Source of the DNA: SAR86 cluster bacterium
GTDB lineage: Bacteria; Pseudomonadota; Gammaproteobacteria; Magnimaribacterales; TMED112
Reading direction: 5' to 3'
DNA: 64,000 nucleotides
Assembly: GCA_003331635.1 (NCBI GenBank)
Contig: QOPH01000001.1
Coordinates: 42,599 to 106,598 of the forward strand
The position numbers and the translations under genes were made by a program. How positions within the stretch are numbered: position 1 is the first letter of the stretch; each line of letters begins with the position of its first letter. Below the pieces are notes generated by a model. It searched no databases and was not told where the DNA came from. It saw only the letters and a list, made by a program, of their open reading frames with translations. Below, one piece after another: positions 36,803 to 47,535 of the stretch.

Positions 36803-38470
36803 ATGAGCCAAACATTTCCAACAACAAAAGAAAATTTAAAAACTGCATTTGAAGAATTAAGAAAAAATCTTCCCTTGCTTGAGTTAGGTGAAAGAGAAAT
36901 AAATGGATGCAAAATGAATCATTTTGTAAATGCACCTAAAAGCTCAAGAGAAATGTATGATTTAGTTCAAATGCTTCATGGAGATTTCCCATTCGTTCAT
37001 GAAGACGGGAAAGAATTAAATTTAAGTGAAGTGCTTTCAAAAGCTAAATCCCTTGCAAATACACTACATAAGAATGATATTAAAGCCAATGATTTTGTTG
37101 CCATAAGTATGCAGAATTGTACTGAATGGATTATCGCTTATTTAGGCATAACTGGTTTAGGGGCAACTTGTGTGCCTTTTAATTCATGGTGGAAAGAAAA
37201 CGAGCTTAGTTATGGAATTGAGCACAGTGAATGTAAAGTAATTTTTGTAGATAAAAAAAGATATGAATACGTTAAAGATCTTGAAGTTCAAATTGTTGTA
37301 AATGGTTCAGAGAATATTGAAGGGACACATAATTTCAATGATTATTTAAATGAATCTTCAGAAAAATGGCCTGATACTGAATCCAAAGATGAAGATTTAG
37401 CAGTGCTACTCTACACTTCAGGGAGCACTGGTTTACCGAAAGGAGTGATGTTAACTCACCTAGCTGTCATTAATGGTCTACTAGGTTTTTATACTTTTGG
37501 TGCTTTGAGAGCTCAAATACATAACGAACAACTACTTAATGTAGATGATGGTTCCATCATCATTAATGTTCCACTTTTCCATGTAACAGGTTTAATAAGT
37601 ATGTTTCTTCTTTCATTATTGGGTAAGAGAAAATTAATTCTCATGCACAAATGGGATACAGACGAAGCAATAAAATTAATTAAAGATCATAAGGTAACAA
37701 ATATTTCAGGTGTGCCTACACAATCTTGGGATCTAATGAATCATCCTGATGTAAGTAAAGATGATTTAAGTTCACTTGTAGACATTGGTGCAGGTGGGGC
37801 TGCAAGGCCTGAAGATCAGGTTAAAGAATTAGATAATAAATTTAAAATTCCCCTTACATTTGCTTGGGGCATGACTGAAACTACAGCACTGGGCACTATA
37901 AATAGAGGACAAGATTATCTTGATAGACCTAATAGTTCTGGTTTATCTATTCCAGATTTAACAGAAATAGCAGTAATAAATGATGACTGGAAGTTCCTAG
38001 CAACTGGAGAAATTGGAGAAATAGTTTTTAAATCGCCATCAAATACAAGAGGATATCTCAAGAACAATAAAGAGACCGATAAAACAATTCAAAATGGTTG
38101 GCTAAAAACCGGTGATCTAGGCTACTTAGATGAAGATGGCTATCTCTATATAGTTGATAGGAAAAAAGCATTAATAATAAGAGGTGGAGAGAATATCTCG
38201 TGCCTAGAAGTTGAAAATGCTCTTGATAAGCATCCAGAAATTATCGAATCTTGTGTATGCGGGATAGAAGATCAAAAGTTTGGTGAAATTGTGGGTGCCT
38301 ATATTTTTTGCTCTTCCAAAGTCACTGAGGGTGAAGTAAAAGCATTTCTCAAGGGAAAAATTGCAGACTATAAAATTCCTGAAAAAATTAAATTTAGCGA
38401 TTCTGCGTTACCTAGAATTGCTTCTCAAAAATTAGATAGGGTTGGTGTAAAGAACCTTCTTTCTTCCTGA
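36803..38470 (+). CDS. AMP-dependent acyl-CoA synthetase/ligase
   Basis: Adenylate-forming motifs LLYTSGSTGLPKGV, GWLKTGD and IVDRKK. Confidence 0.85.
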   Translation: MSQTFPTTKENLKTAFEELRKNLPLLELGEREINGCKMNHFVNAPKSSREMYDLVQMLHGDFPFVHEDGKELNLSEVLSKAKSLANTLHKNDIKANDFVAISMQNCTEWIIAYLGITGLGATCVPFNSWWKENELSYGIEHSECKVIFVDKKRYEYVKDLEVQIVVNGSENIEGTHNFNDYLNESSEKWPDTESKDEDLAVLLYTSGSTGLPKGVMLTHLAVINGLLGFYTFGALRAQIHNEQLLNVDDGSIIINVPLFHVTGLISMFLLSLLGKRKLILMHKWDTDEAIKLIKDHKVTNISGVPTQSWDLMNHPDVSKDDLSSLVDIGAGGAARPEDQVKELDNKFKIPLTFAWGMTETTALGTINRGQDYLDRPNSSGLSIPDLTEIAVINDDWKFLATGEIGEIVFKSPSNTRGYLKNNKETDKTIQNGWLKTGDLGYLDEDGYLYIVDRKKALIIRGGENISCLEVENALDKHPEIIESCVCGIEDQKFGEIVGAYIFCSSKVTEGEVKAFLKGKIADYKIPEKIKFSDSALPRIASQKLDRVGVKNLLSS

Positions 38471-38494
38471 TTATTTTTAAGTACAATTAGCAAT

Positions 38495-39181
38495 GTGAAC
38501 CAAAAGATCTACATAGTTGAAGACGAACCCGATATAAGAGAGACATTAAAATATAATTTTTCAAATGAGGGCTTCAAGGTTTTTACAGCTCCCGATGGTG
38601 AGCAAGCTTTATCTGATATAAAGAAAGTTTTACCTGAAGTTTTAATACTAGATTTAATGTTACCAGGCCTATCAGGACTTGATGTTTGTAAGTCAATTAG
38701 AGCAGATGATGACATTAAAGATATGTCAATTATTATGCTTACTGCGAAAGGTGAAGAAATCGATAGAGTTATTGGATTTGAGCTTGGCGCAGATGATTAT
38801 GTTACAAAACCATTTAGTGTCAGAGAACTTATTCTTCGAGTTAAAGTTTTACTTAAAAAACAACGCGAGTCTTTAGCTCAAAATAAATTAGTAACATTTG
38901 GTCCAATTCGAATGAATTTAGATGCTCATGAACTTAGGGTAAATGATAAAGAGATCGTTTTAACGGCACTAGAGTTTAAATTATTACAACATCTTGTTAA
39001 AAGAAAGGGCAGAGTTCAGACAAGAGAGCAATTATTAGGCGATGTGTGGGGATATAGTGCAGAAGTTACAACAAGAACTGTAGATACGCATATCAAAAGA
39101 TTAAGAGAGAAATTAGGCAATACAGCAGACTATATCCAAACAATTAGAGGTGTGGGCTATAGATTCAGTAATGTTGATTAA
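38495..39181 (+). CDS. phoB: Phosphate regulon response regulator (OmpR family)
   Basis: Close match to the PhoB receiver segment (MLTAKGEEIDRVIGFELGADDYVTKPFSVREL) and a winged-helix C-terminus (RTVDTHIKRLREKL, IQTIRGVGYRF). GTG start. Confidence 0.8.
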   Translation: MNQKIYIVEDEPDIRETLKYNFSNEGFKVFTAPDGEQALSDIKKVLPEVLILDLMLPGLSGLDVCKSIRADDDIKDMSIIMLTAKGEEIDRVIGFELGADDYVTKPFSVRELILRVKVLLKKQRESLAQNKLVTFGPIRMNLDAHELRVNDKEIVLTALEFKLLQHLVKRKGRVQTREQLLGDVWGYSAEVTTRTVDTHIKRLREKLGNTADYIQTIRGVGYRFSNVD

Positions 39182-40953
39182 TGCTTAACATTTTTCCAAA
39201 AATAAAAATTTCAAGAATTTTTCTTCTCTCCTTATCTTTTTTAATATTTATCATTTTTATTGTCTCCACAATTTTTTCTTCATTTATTTATAACAACTCT
39301 AGAGCTCAATTAATTGAATCACTTTACATGCAAGCCAAATCAATTGATCAGCTTCTCCCAAGTTTCAAGCAGAATTTTGAATATAGTTATGACCTTATTG
39401 CAGATAATTTATCTGTTTCAGATACAAAGAAAAATAAACTTAGAGTGACAATTATTGATGGAAATTGGGATGTAATTGGTGACTCTGAAGTTTCAACTGA
39501 TGAACTAGTTAATGTAGAAAAACATTCACCAGAAAATAGAATTGAAATCAAAAATGCTCTAACTAATAAATTTGGTACTGCAACAAGAACTAGTGAAACT
39601 ACAGGACAAGATCTAATTTACCTTGCAATATTAAGAAACAGCGATGATCTGACTGAGGGTGTTATAAGAGTCGCAATGCCTTTTAACATCTACACATCTT
39701 TTTTTAATTTTTTTATTTACCCATTTATTTTATTGTTTGTATTAGCAATCGTATCGTCAAGCATCATGACTTACAGTGTTGAAAGTAATATTAGACGGGA
39801 TTTAACTAAACTCCTAAAAAATACAGAAAGGGCAATTAAAGGCAAACCAATTAAATCTTCTTTAACTTCTGATACACAAATTGAAGGACTTTCTAAAGCA
39901 GTAGGTGATATTTCCATTCGATTAAGTTCAGAAATTGATCAGGCTATGGACCAAAGAATTCAATTTGGTTCAGTTTTAGATAGCATCAATCAGGGAGTAA
40001 TCATATTTAGTAAAAACTTTAGAATTAGATTTACTAATGATATAGCTTTAGAAATGTTTGGTAAGCATCAATTTTTTTTAGGTGAAAAGATTAAATCGAA
40101 AAAATTATCTGTAATAAATAAAATTTTAAAAGATGCAAAAAAGAATATTTCATCTGAGGATAATCTTGATATTAAGGTAAAAGGAGAAAATAGAAACTAT
40201 TTATTAAGTGCTACCAAAATGGAAACAACAAATGAATTGATTCTTGTAATAAATGATATTTCATCAATGAGAAAGTTAGAAGACCTTAGAAAACAGTTTG
40301 TTACAGACGTATCCCATGAAATTAAAACTCCTATATCTGTGATTAGAGCAGGCTCAGAAACACTTTATTCAGGAGCAATTAATGATGAAAAGGTTTCTAA
40401 TAAGTTTTTAAAATCAATTTTAGATAACTCTGAACGATTAAGTGAAATGGTTGATGATCTAATGGAGTTGGAAAAGATTGAATTTGGTGGTCTAGTTTTA
40501 AATAAAGAAAAATTTAATGTCAATAATGAAATCCAACTTATTTTTGATGCCCAGCAAGCTTTATTAGTGGATAAGAAGTTATCTTTTAATAACTATATTG
40601 GTAAAGATATTTTTCTTAATACTGATAAGGAGTCCTTCAGAACAGTCTTCTCAAATCTTATAAATAACAGTATTAAATATTCAAAACCTGGGGGTTTTAT
40701 TAATTTAATGGCTGTTAATAACAGTGAAGAGTTAACAATTAAAATTGAGGACAATGGGCATGGTATTGAGAAACAACATTTAGATAAGATTTTTAATAGA
40801 TTTTATAGGACTTCAAAAGCCAGAGCACATACCAAAGGAACAGGTCTAGGTTTATCTCTTGTGAAACAATTAATTTCAAGGATAAATGGTGAGGTAAGAG
40901 TTGAATCGAAAATATCTAAAGGAACATCTTTCTTTGTAAGCATTCCACATTAA
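39181..40953 (+). CDS. phoR: PhoR-like sensor histidine kinase with an approximately 135-aa extracytoplasmic loop
   Basis: TAATG junction with phoB. Two TMs (about aa 12-36 and 172-196). H-box FVTDVSHEIKTP, N box NLINNSIKYS, and G boxes DNGHGI and GTGLGLS. Confidence 0.65.
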   Translation: MLNIFPKIKISRIFLLSLSFLIFIIFIVSTIFSSFIYNNSRAQLIESLYMQAKSIDQLLPSFKQNFEYSYDLIADNLSVSDTKKNKLRVTIIDGNWDVIGDSEVSTDELVNVEKHSPENRIEIKNALTNKFGTATRTSETTGQDLIYLAILRNSDDLTEGVIRVAMPFNIYTSFFNFFIYPFILLFVLAIVSSSIMTYSVESNIRRDLTKLLKNTERAIKGKPIKSSLTSDTQIEGLSKAVGDISIRLSSEIDQAMDQRIQFGSVLDSINQGVIIFSKNFRIRFTNDIALEMFGKHQFFLGEKIKSKKLSVINKILKDAKKNISSEDNLDIKVKGENRNYLLSATKMETTNELILVINDISSMRKLEDLRKQFVTDVSHEIKTPISVIRAGSETLYSGAINDEKVSNKFLKSILDNSERLSEMVDDLMELEKIEFGGLVLNKEKFNVNNEIQLIFDAQQALLVDKKLSFNNYIGKDIFLNTDKESFRTVFSNLINNSIKYSKPGGFINLMAVNNSEELTIKIEDNGHGIEKQHLDKIFNRFYRTSKARAHTKGTGLGLSLVKQLISRINGEVRVESKISKGTSFFVSIPH

Positions 40954-40969
40954 TTGTAAAATTTATCAT

Positions 40970-41395
40970 ATGAATAAATGGGATCTGCTAAGGGTATTTT
41001 TAATGTCCTTACTTCTACTGCTGTTATTGTCTTTTTACTATGTTCAAGGTTTTTTTAGCTTCAATTATGCAGAAATTAACGAAGAATTGCCTAAACCAAT
41101 AATTTCAGATAATTCTTTTGAGGAGTTCAAACCAAGAGAGGTTGATGTTAGTACAGCAAACAAATCGAATTTAGGTTTTGAACTCGTTGGTATAAGGGGA
41201 AATAATCCAGAAAGCACAATAATTATTCTTGAAAAAGATAATTATCGATTAATTGAACAAGGTCAAAATATAAGTTCTAGTGTTGTTTTTTCCCATATTG
41301 ATGGTTCACGAGCTTATTTTTTTGATGGACAAACCTATACATTTTTAGACATAATTGGTGCAGAGACCTCTTTTAATAAAAATAGGATTAACTAA
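40970..41395 (+). CDS. gspC: Short GspC-like T2SS protein (TM plus HR-like domain, no PDZ)
   Basis: Located immediately upstream of gspD. It has an N-terminal TM and an HR-like segment VGIRGNNPESTIIILEKDNYRLIEQGQNI. Only 141 aa. Confidence 0.5.
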   Translation: MNKWDLLRVFLMSLLLLLLLSFYYVQGFFSFNYAEINEELPKPIISDNSFEEFKPREVDVSTANKSNLGFELVGIRGNNPESTIIILEKDNYRLIEQGQNISSSVVFSHIDGSRAYFFDGQTYTFLDIIGAETSFNKNRIN

Positions 41396-41398
41396 ATC

Positions 41399-43216
41399 AT
41401 GAAAAAAAATGTTTATATATTGTTTATTTCTCTCTTTCTAATAAGCCAAGAGCAAAATATTTTTTACAAAGATGCAGATGTAAAAACATTTGCACAAGAC
41501 ATTGCATTATTAACTGATAAAACAGTTATTTTAGATCCACGAGTTAAAGGTACTATTTCAGTTTATTCAGAATCCTCTCTTAATAAAGAGTCTATATGGG
41601 AAGTATTTGTTTCGACTATGGAAGTACAGGGCTATAGTGTGTTAAAAGATGGCGACATTTTTAAAATAATTCCAGCTCAAGAAGGCATTAAAAATTTCAA
41701 TGAAAATAATGAACTTCCTGGTTCAATTGATACTCAAATAGTGACAGTAAATTATTCGAGTGCAAAAGATATAGTCAATGCAGTTAAACCGCTAGTAGGT
41801 GTTCGTTCTTATATTGTAGCTTTAAATAATGATAGAGAAATTTTAGTGTCCGATGATCTTGAGAATGTTATCAGAGTTGTAGAAATAATAAAAAACTTAG
41901 ACAGCGAATTAGACACAATGATTGCTGATCTTAAACTTGAAAATTTATCCTCTATAGAAGCATTAAGAATAATAAATTCTTTAAAATCTGATCCAAATAA
42001 TAAACTTGATAAATTGGGTGTTGCTACATTTCAAGGTTCAAATAAATTAATCTTTAGTGGCCCAAGTAATATTATCAATAGAGTAATAGAAATGTTACAA
42101 AAGGTAGATATTGATAATAGACTTGAAGAGAATACAAAAGTTATTTATCTAAACTACTCAAAAGCAGAGGATATTCTTAAGATTCTGAATGATGTATCAG
42201 GTTCATTTAATCAAGAGCAAAATTTTGATTACAAAACAGTGATAACTTCACATGATGAAACAAACTCAATAATTATTAGATCAAGTCCACAATCCATAAG
42301 AACGCTCACATCTATTGTTTCTCAGCTTGATATAAGAAGACCACAGGTCCTTGTTGAGGCAATTATAGTCGAAATATCTGAATCAATAGCAAGGTCTCTT
42401 GGAGTTGATACAATTTACTCTGGTGACAGTGAAGGTGATAAACCAATAGCTTTAACTAGGTTTCCAAATAGCAAAAGTCCTGATTTATTATCTTTATTGG
42501 GAGCGGCTGATTTAGATTCAGATTCAGTAACAAATTTTAATGCTACTTCTTCATTATTAAATACCTCAGGTTTAGTAGTAGGACTAGGAAATACCCTAAA
42601 TGGCGAGGATAATTTTGCTGTTTTACTCTCACTATTAAGAGAAGATCAAGATTCAAATATTCTTTCTACTCCCTCAGTTGTAGCTCTTGATAATGAGGAA
42701 GCGTCACTATTAGTAGGGCAAGAAATACCGATTACTACAGGTGAATCATTAGGTTCCAATAACCTTACACCATTTAGAACTACTTCTAGAGAAGAAATTG
42801 GAGTTAAGCTTGAAATTAAGCCTCAGATAAATGAATCTGACTCAGTAGCATTATTTATCAGACAAGAAGTCTCAAGTATAGCCGGATCACAACTACCTAA
42901 CTCAACTGATTTAATAACCAATAAAAGAGAGATAGAAAGCACAATTCTTGCAGATGACAGGGAAATTATAGTCTTGGGTGGTCTGATTAATGAAGATGTT
43001 CAAGAATCAGTTAATAAAGTCCCTTTATTAGGTGATATTCCTATCGTTGGAGGACTATTTAGATCTTCAGCAAAATCTGTGCAAAAAAGAAATCTTATGG
43101 TCTTCTTGAGGCCAACAATCCTCAGAGATTCAGTTACAACTAAAGATCTTTCGCAAGAGAAATTCAACTTGATTAGGGCTAAGCAAATATTTCAAGAATC
43201 CTTATTAGAAAATTAA
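41399..43216 (+). CDS. gspD: T2SS secretin
   Basis: Signal peptide, N-domains and the secretin C-domain signature VPLLGDIPIVGGLFRS. Confidence 0.9.
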   Translation: MKKNVYILFISLFLISQEQNIFYKDADVKTFAQDIALLTDKTVILDPRVKGTISVYSESSLNKESIWEVFVSTMEVQGYSVLKDGDIFKIIPAQEGIKNFNENNELPGSIDTQIVTVNYSSAKDIVNAVKPLVGVRSYIVALNNDREILVSDDLENVIRVVEIIKNLDSELDTMIADLKLENLSSIEALRIINSLKSDPNNKLDKLGVATFQGSNKLIFSGPSNIINRVIEMLQKVDIDNRLEENTKVIYLNYSKAEDILKILNDVSGSFNQEQNFDYKTVITSHDETNSIIIRSSPQSIRTLTSIVSQLDIRRPQVLVEAIIVEISESIARSLGVDTIYSGDSEGDKPIALTRFPNSKSPDLLSLLGAADLDSDSVTNFNATSSLLNTSGLVVGLGNTLNGEDNFAVLLSLLREDQDSNILSTPSVVALDNEEASLLVGQEIPITTGESLGSNNLTPFRTTSREEIGVKLEIKPQINESDSVALFIRQEVSSIAGSQLPNSTDLITNKREIESTILADDREIIVLGGLINEDVQESVNKVPLLGDIPIVGGLFRSSAKSVQKRNLMVFLRPTILRDSVTTKDLSQEKFNLIRAKQIFQESLLEN

Positions 43217-43217
43217 A

Positions 43218-44666
43218 ATGGAACTTGTTCTTCCTTATGCATTTTGCAAATTACATGGAGTTGCTTTAGTAAATGATAATAAAGCATCTACTCTTCACTA
43301 TTCTGGTGAGCTTGATCTAAAAATAATTTCAAATATTCAACACTTATTCAATGAAAAGATAGAAACTAAAAATCATCAAATTAATGATTTTGAATCTTTT
43401 TTAACTGAAATTTACTCAGATAAATCATCTGATTATGACTTAGATAATTTAGATCAATTAAATTTAGAAAATCTTGCTAACTCAATCCAACCGTCTGATG
43501 ACCTTTTGGATGATAAAAATAAAGGTCCCATAATTAAACTTATTAATGCAACTATAACAAGAGCTATCAAGGCTAGAGCTTCTGATATACATTTAGAGCC
43601 ATTTGAAAATAACTTAAATATAAGATTTCGTGTTGATGGTGTTTTAAAAGAGGTTCTTAAATATCAAAAGAACATAACCCAAATGATTATTTCAAGGATA
43701 AAGATTATGTCTAATCTAGACATTTCAGAACGTCGTTTACCTCAAGATGGAAGAATCTCAATAAATATTGGGAAAAAAGAAGTTGATTTAAGAGTTTCAA
43801 CTTTGCCTTCTTCATTTGGTGAGAGGGTAGTATTAAGAATACTAGAAAAGGATAAATCTCATGTAGAACTTAAAAGTTTAGGATTCTCTAATGATATTCA
43901 AACAAAATTTAAAAATGCATTATCAAAAAATGAAGGGATCATTTTAGTTACTGGACCAACAGGTTCTGGAAAAACCACGACTCTTTATTCCGGTCTTAAA
44001 AATATTTCTGATAGATCTCAAAATATTTTAACTATTGAAGACCCGGTAGAATATGCTCTCAATGGAATTGGTCAAACACAAGTAAATAGCAAAACTGGTT
44101 TGACTTTCGCTAAGGGCCTTAGGGCTATTTTAAGACAAGACCCTGACGTAGTGATGGTCGGTGAAATAAGAGATAAAGAAACAGCTGATATCGCTATTCA
44201 AGCAAGCTTAACTGGGCATCTAGTACTTTCAACAGTACACACAAATAGTGCCGTAAATGCGATTACTAGATTAAGAGATATGGGAATTGAACCATACTTA
44301 CTATCTTCAAGTCTGTTATTTGTCTTATCACAGAGATTGGTTAGAAGATTATGTATAAAGTGTAAAAAACCTGATAATGACCAGAAATCAAAAAAACTAA
44401 TGAAAAGCAATAACATTAAAGGTGAAATCTTTAAGCCGGTTGGTTGTAAGCATTGTGATGATACAGGATATAGTGGACGTCTAAGTATTGGTGAGTGCAT
44501 CGTTGTAGATGAAAAAATAAATGAACTTATCTACAAACAAGCATCGGAGGCAGAAATCACTGACTATGTTTTTAAAAATAATAAAAAAATCTTTTTAAAT
44601 GGTCTTGAAGCTGTAATAGCAGGTGAAACATCAATAACAGAAATACTTAGGGTTTCACAAGAATAA
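43218..44666 (+). CDS. gspE: T2SS ATPase
   Basis: Walker A GPTGSGKTT, VMVGEIRD and tetracysteine CIKC...CKHC. Confidence 0.92.
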   Translation: MELVLPYAFCKLHGVALVNDNKASTLHYSGELDLKIISNIQHLFNEKIETKNHQINDFESFLTEIYSDKSSDYDLDNLDQLNLENLANSIQPSDDLLDDKNKGPIIKLINATITRAIKARASDIHLEPFENNLNIRFRVDGVLKEVLKYQKNITQMIISRIKIMSNLDISERRLPQDGRISINIGKKEVDLRVSTLPSSFGERVVLRILEKDKSHVELKSLGFSNDIQTKFKNALSKNEGIILVTGPTGSGKTTTLYSGLKNISDRSQNILTIEDPVEYALNGIGQTQVNSKTGLTFAKGLRAILRQDPDVVMVGEIRDKETADIAIQASLTGHLVLSTVHTNSAVNAITRLRDMGIEPYLLSSSLLFVLSQRLVRRLCIKCKKPDNDQKSKKLMKSNNIKGEIFKPVGCKHCDDTGYSGRLSIGECIVVDEKINELIYKQASEAEITDYVFKNNKKIFLNGLEAVIAGETSITEILRVSQE

Positions 44667-45862
44667 TGGCAACCTATAAATACCAGGCATTTGATAAAAA
44701 TGAAAATAAAGTTAAAGGATTTATAACAGCTGATAGCAAATCAGATGCAATTAATCAGCTTCAACTTCAAGAATTAAATCCCTCGACAATAAATGAAACA
44801 GCAAAAGAGAAGTCAAACATAAAAATATCTAAAAAAGATTTATCTATTTTTACTAAACAAGTTTCAGCATTATTAAGTTCTGGAACACCGATTGAAAAAA
44901 CTTTGGAAATAGTAAGCGATCAAACAAATAAAGATAAATTCTCACAAATACTTCATGCTATAAATGAAGAATTAAAGCAAGGAAAATCATTAAGCGATTG
45001 TATGAAAAGCTATCCAAGAGTATTTGATTCAGTATATTTCTCAACGGTATTTGCTGGTGAAACATCAGCATCACTCCCCACAGTTTTTAAAGACTTATCA
45101 GATTATTTAGATAAAGAAATAAAGATTAGATCTCAAGTAATTGGAGCACTTACATATCCAGCAATTATTTTCTCAGTCTCTATAGTTGTTATTTATGCAT
45201 TACTAAGCTTTGTACTTCCTCAAGTGGTAGATCAGTTTATTTCATCTAATGTATCATTACCTACATTAACAACTGCTTTACTATATTTATCTGATATATT
45301 TCCGGCAGTACTTATTTTAGTTTTATTAATTTTTTTAGGACCTATTTATCTTGTAAATTCAAATTGGCTAAGTCTTAAGAGAAAACTCGATATATCAAAG
45401 ATTTTTTTGAGTATTCCTTTCTTTGGAAAAATAATTTTATTCGATCAAACTGCTAGGTTTTGTTCATCAATGCATCTCATGACAAAGGCTGGTTTAAATA
45501 CTATTGAAAGTTTAAATATCGCTAAAGAATCATTTAATAACCTTTATTTACGTTTAGAGCTTGATGTAATTGAAAATAGAGTCATTTCCGGTAGCTCATT
45601 AAGTCAGTCTTTTTCGGAGTCTAAAGTTTTTCCTAGAGTTTTTGTTCAGTTACTAATTTCAGGTGATATGGGCGGGAAAGTTAGTGAAATGTTTGAAAAA
45701 ATTAAAAACTATTTAGACCAAGAAGTTGAGAGCGTAAGAAACATAATGTTAACTTTTTTACAGCCTTCAATTATTTTAGTAATGGGTGTATTTGTTTTAT
45801 TAATTGTTCTGTCCATAATGTTACCATTACTACAAATGAATAATTTAATTTTTAATTTATGA
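44666..45862 (+). CDS. gspF: T2SS inner-membrane platform protein
   Basis: 398 aa with duplicated GspF-type cytoplasmic domains and three TMs. Positioned between gspE and gspG. Confidence 0.88.
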   Translation: MATYKYQAFDKNENKVKGFITADSKSDAINQLQLQELNPSTINETAKEKSNIKISKKDLSIFTKQVSALLSSGTPIEKTLEIVSDQTNKDKFSQILHAINEELKQGKSLSDCMKSYPRVFDSVYFSTVFAGETSASLPTVFKDLSDYLDKEIKIRSQVIGALTYPAIIFSVSIVVIYALLSFVLPQVVDQFISSNVSLPTLTTALLYLSDIFPAVLILVLLIFLGPIYLVNSNWLSLKRKLDISKIFLSIPFFGKIILFDQTARFCSSMHLMTKAGLNTIESLNIAKESFNNLYLRLELDVIENRVISGSSLSQSFSESKVFPRVFVQLLISGDMGGKVSEMFEKIKNYLDQEVESVRNIMLTFLQPSIILVMGVFVLLIVLSIMLPLLQMNNLIFNL

Positions 45863-46248
45863 AAAAAATTCTCAAATCTGGTTTTACTTTATTGGAACTA
45901 TTAATAGTCATCGTAATATTAGGTCTCCTAGTTTCATTAGTATCAATTAATGTTTTACCAACCTTAAGCAAGGCTTATTCTGAAAGCGCCAAGGTAGATA
46001 TATCAAGGATAGAACAGGCACTGGTAATGTATAAGATTAATGAGGGCAACTATCCATCTGAAGATGAGGGTATTTCAAAATTAGTGGAAGGTGGATATCT
46101 TAATAAAGTTCCAAAAGATCCATGGGGTAATGAGTATTTTTATAAACCTCCAGAAAATGCATCTAGCTATGAAGTTTACTCTCTAGGAGCTGATGCTAAA
46201 GAGGGCGGTGATGGTGAAAATGCAGATATTAGCAGCATCACTAAATAA
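45859..46248 (+). CDS. gspG: T2SS major pseudopilin
   Basis: Prepilin leader KSG/FTLLELLIVIVILG and the DPWGNEY motif. Confidence 0.92.
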   Translation: MKKILKSGFTLLELLIVIVILGLLVSLVSINVLPTLSKAYSESAKVDISRIEQALVMYKINEGNYPSEDEGISKLVEGGYLNKVPKDPWGNEYFYKPPENASSYEVYSLGADAKEGGDGENADISSITK

Positions 46249-46615
46249 AGGTTTCTCATTTATTGAAGTCATAGTCACTTTGCTGATTATTTCTTTAGTA
46301 GGAAGTAGCTTTTATATATTTTTTCAAAATTCGAATATTCCGATATCTTTAAATACAGAAATAAGAAACTTTCAAGACTTTGCTAACTATACTGGTAACC
46401 AAATAAACGTATATAAAGATAAGTACGTTATCGTTTATCAGAATAATTATGAAGTAGTAAAAAAGGTTGATTATCCAACTATAAAAGCTGTAATAGACAT
46501 GAATAATAAATATATAAAAATCGAAGATGATGAGTCTTTTATATCGATTTATCCAGGTTGGGAATCAAATATAAAGAAAATTATTCTTTCAAACGATGAA
46601 ATTATTGAACTATAA
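46220..46615 (+). CDS. gspH: T2SS minor pseudopilin
   Basis: Prepilin motif NKG/FSFIEVIVTL. The ATG at 46220 gives a normal short leader, whereas the ORF-track start at 46193 lies deeper inside gspG. Confidence 0.65.
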   Translation: MQILAASLNKGFSFIEVIVTLLIISLVGSSFYIFFQNSNIPISLNTEIRNFQDFANYTGNQINVYKDKYVIVYQNNYEVVKKVDYPTIKAVIDMNNKYIKIEDDESFISIYPGWESNIKKIILSNDEIIEL

Positions 46616-46940
46616 AAAACTAACCAAAGGATTTTCACTCATTGAGGTGGTTGTATCCCTTTTAATTCTATCAATTACATTTACAGCCTTTTCATTGTTA
46701 TTAGATCAAAATCTCAAAGCACAGCTTCAAAAGGACAAATATGTTTATAAAACTATAAAAGAAATAAATCTACTCACTCTATATTCCAATAAACCTTCAA
46801 CCAGTGATGTTTTGCTTAAAAAATATTTAGGAGTAAAAAAAGAAAGAGAGAAAATACTATCTTCATTTGGAATAAGAAGAGAAATTGAAATTATTTTTAT
46901 TGATGGTGATAAAGAAATAAAAATAAAAATTATCAGATAA
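46596..46940 (+). CDS. gspI: T2SS minor pseudopilin
   Basis: Prepilin motif TKG/FSLIEVVVSL, 114 aa, and conserved gene order. Confidence 0.7.
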   Translation: MKLLNYKKLTKGFSLIEVVVSLLILSITFTAFSLLLDQNLKAQLQKDKYVYKTIKEINLLTLYSNKPSTSDVLLKKYLGVKKEREKILSSFGIRREIEIIFIDGDKEIKIKIIR

Positions 46941-46941
46941 A

Positions 46942-47535
46942 ATGAGAAGCGGTTTCACAATCATTGAAGTTCTAGTCGCTCTTTTAGCTGCGTCCATAAT
47001 TGCATTAATGTCGTTTGAATACTTATCTAATGTTGTAAATTTAGAGACAAAAGTAAAAATTAAGATTTCAAAAGATAGAGATAAATTAAATGCTGGAAAT
47101 ATAATAAGATTAGACCTATTACAATCTATTCCTTTCTTATTTAAAGATGAAGCTGGAAGAAAGGTTTCAACACCATTTTTTGGAAATCAAAATAATACTC
47201 TAATGTCTTTTGTTTCTTTATCCACATCAGATAATACAAAAGATAAATCTAAACTCAGGAGAGTAAATTACTACATTGAAAATGATAATTTAGTTAGACA
47301 AACTACACTTCCAAATAATCAAGCAGTTATTTTATCAGAGAGAATACTTCTTAAAGATATTGATAATTATCAAATTTTGTTCGGCAAAGATTTAAGTTTA
47401 CTTGATGAAAAATGGCCAAATAATCAAATATCTGATTCAAGTGTTAAGCAAAATAATAAATATCCCAAATTAATTATTTTTTCTTATTCGATTGAACAAG
47501 AGGAGAGGGTTTTAATTTTAAGCACTTATAAATGA
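46942..47535 (+). CDS. gspJ: T2SS minor pseudopilin
   Basis: Prepilin motif MRSG/FTIIEVLVAL, 197 aa, and conserved gene order. Confidence 0.7.
   Translation: MRSGFTIIEVLVALLAASIIALMSFEYLSNVVNLETKVKIKISKDRDKLNAGNIIRLDLLQSIPFLFKDEAGRKVSTPFFGNQNNTLMSFVSLSTSDNTKDKSKLRRVNYYIENDNLVRQTTLPNNQAVILSERILLKDIDNYQILFGKDLSLLDEKWPNNQISDSSVKQNNKYPKLIIFSYSIEQEERVLILSTYK

Noticed and set aside
44198-44500. 100-aa minus-strand ORF inside gspE
   Set aside because: Antisense to the highly conserved GspE C-terminal region.
46193-46219. Upstream start for gspH given in the ORF track
   Set aside because: It would add about 9 residues encoded inside gspG and give an atypically long prepilin leader. The ATG at 46220 yields a standard short leader before G/FSFIE.
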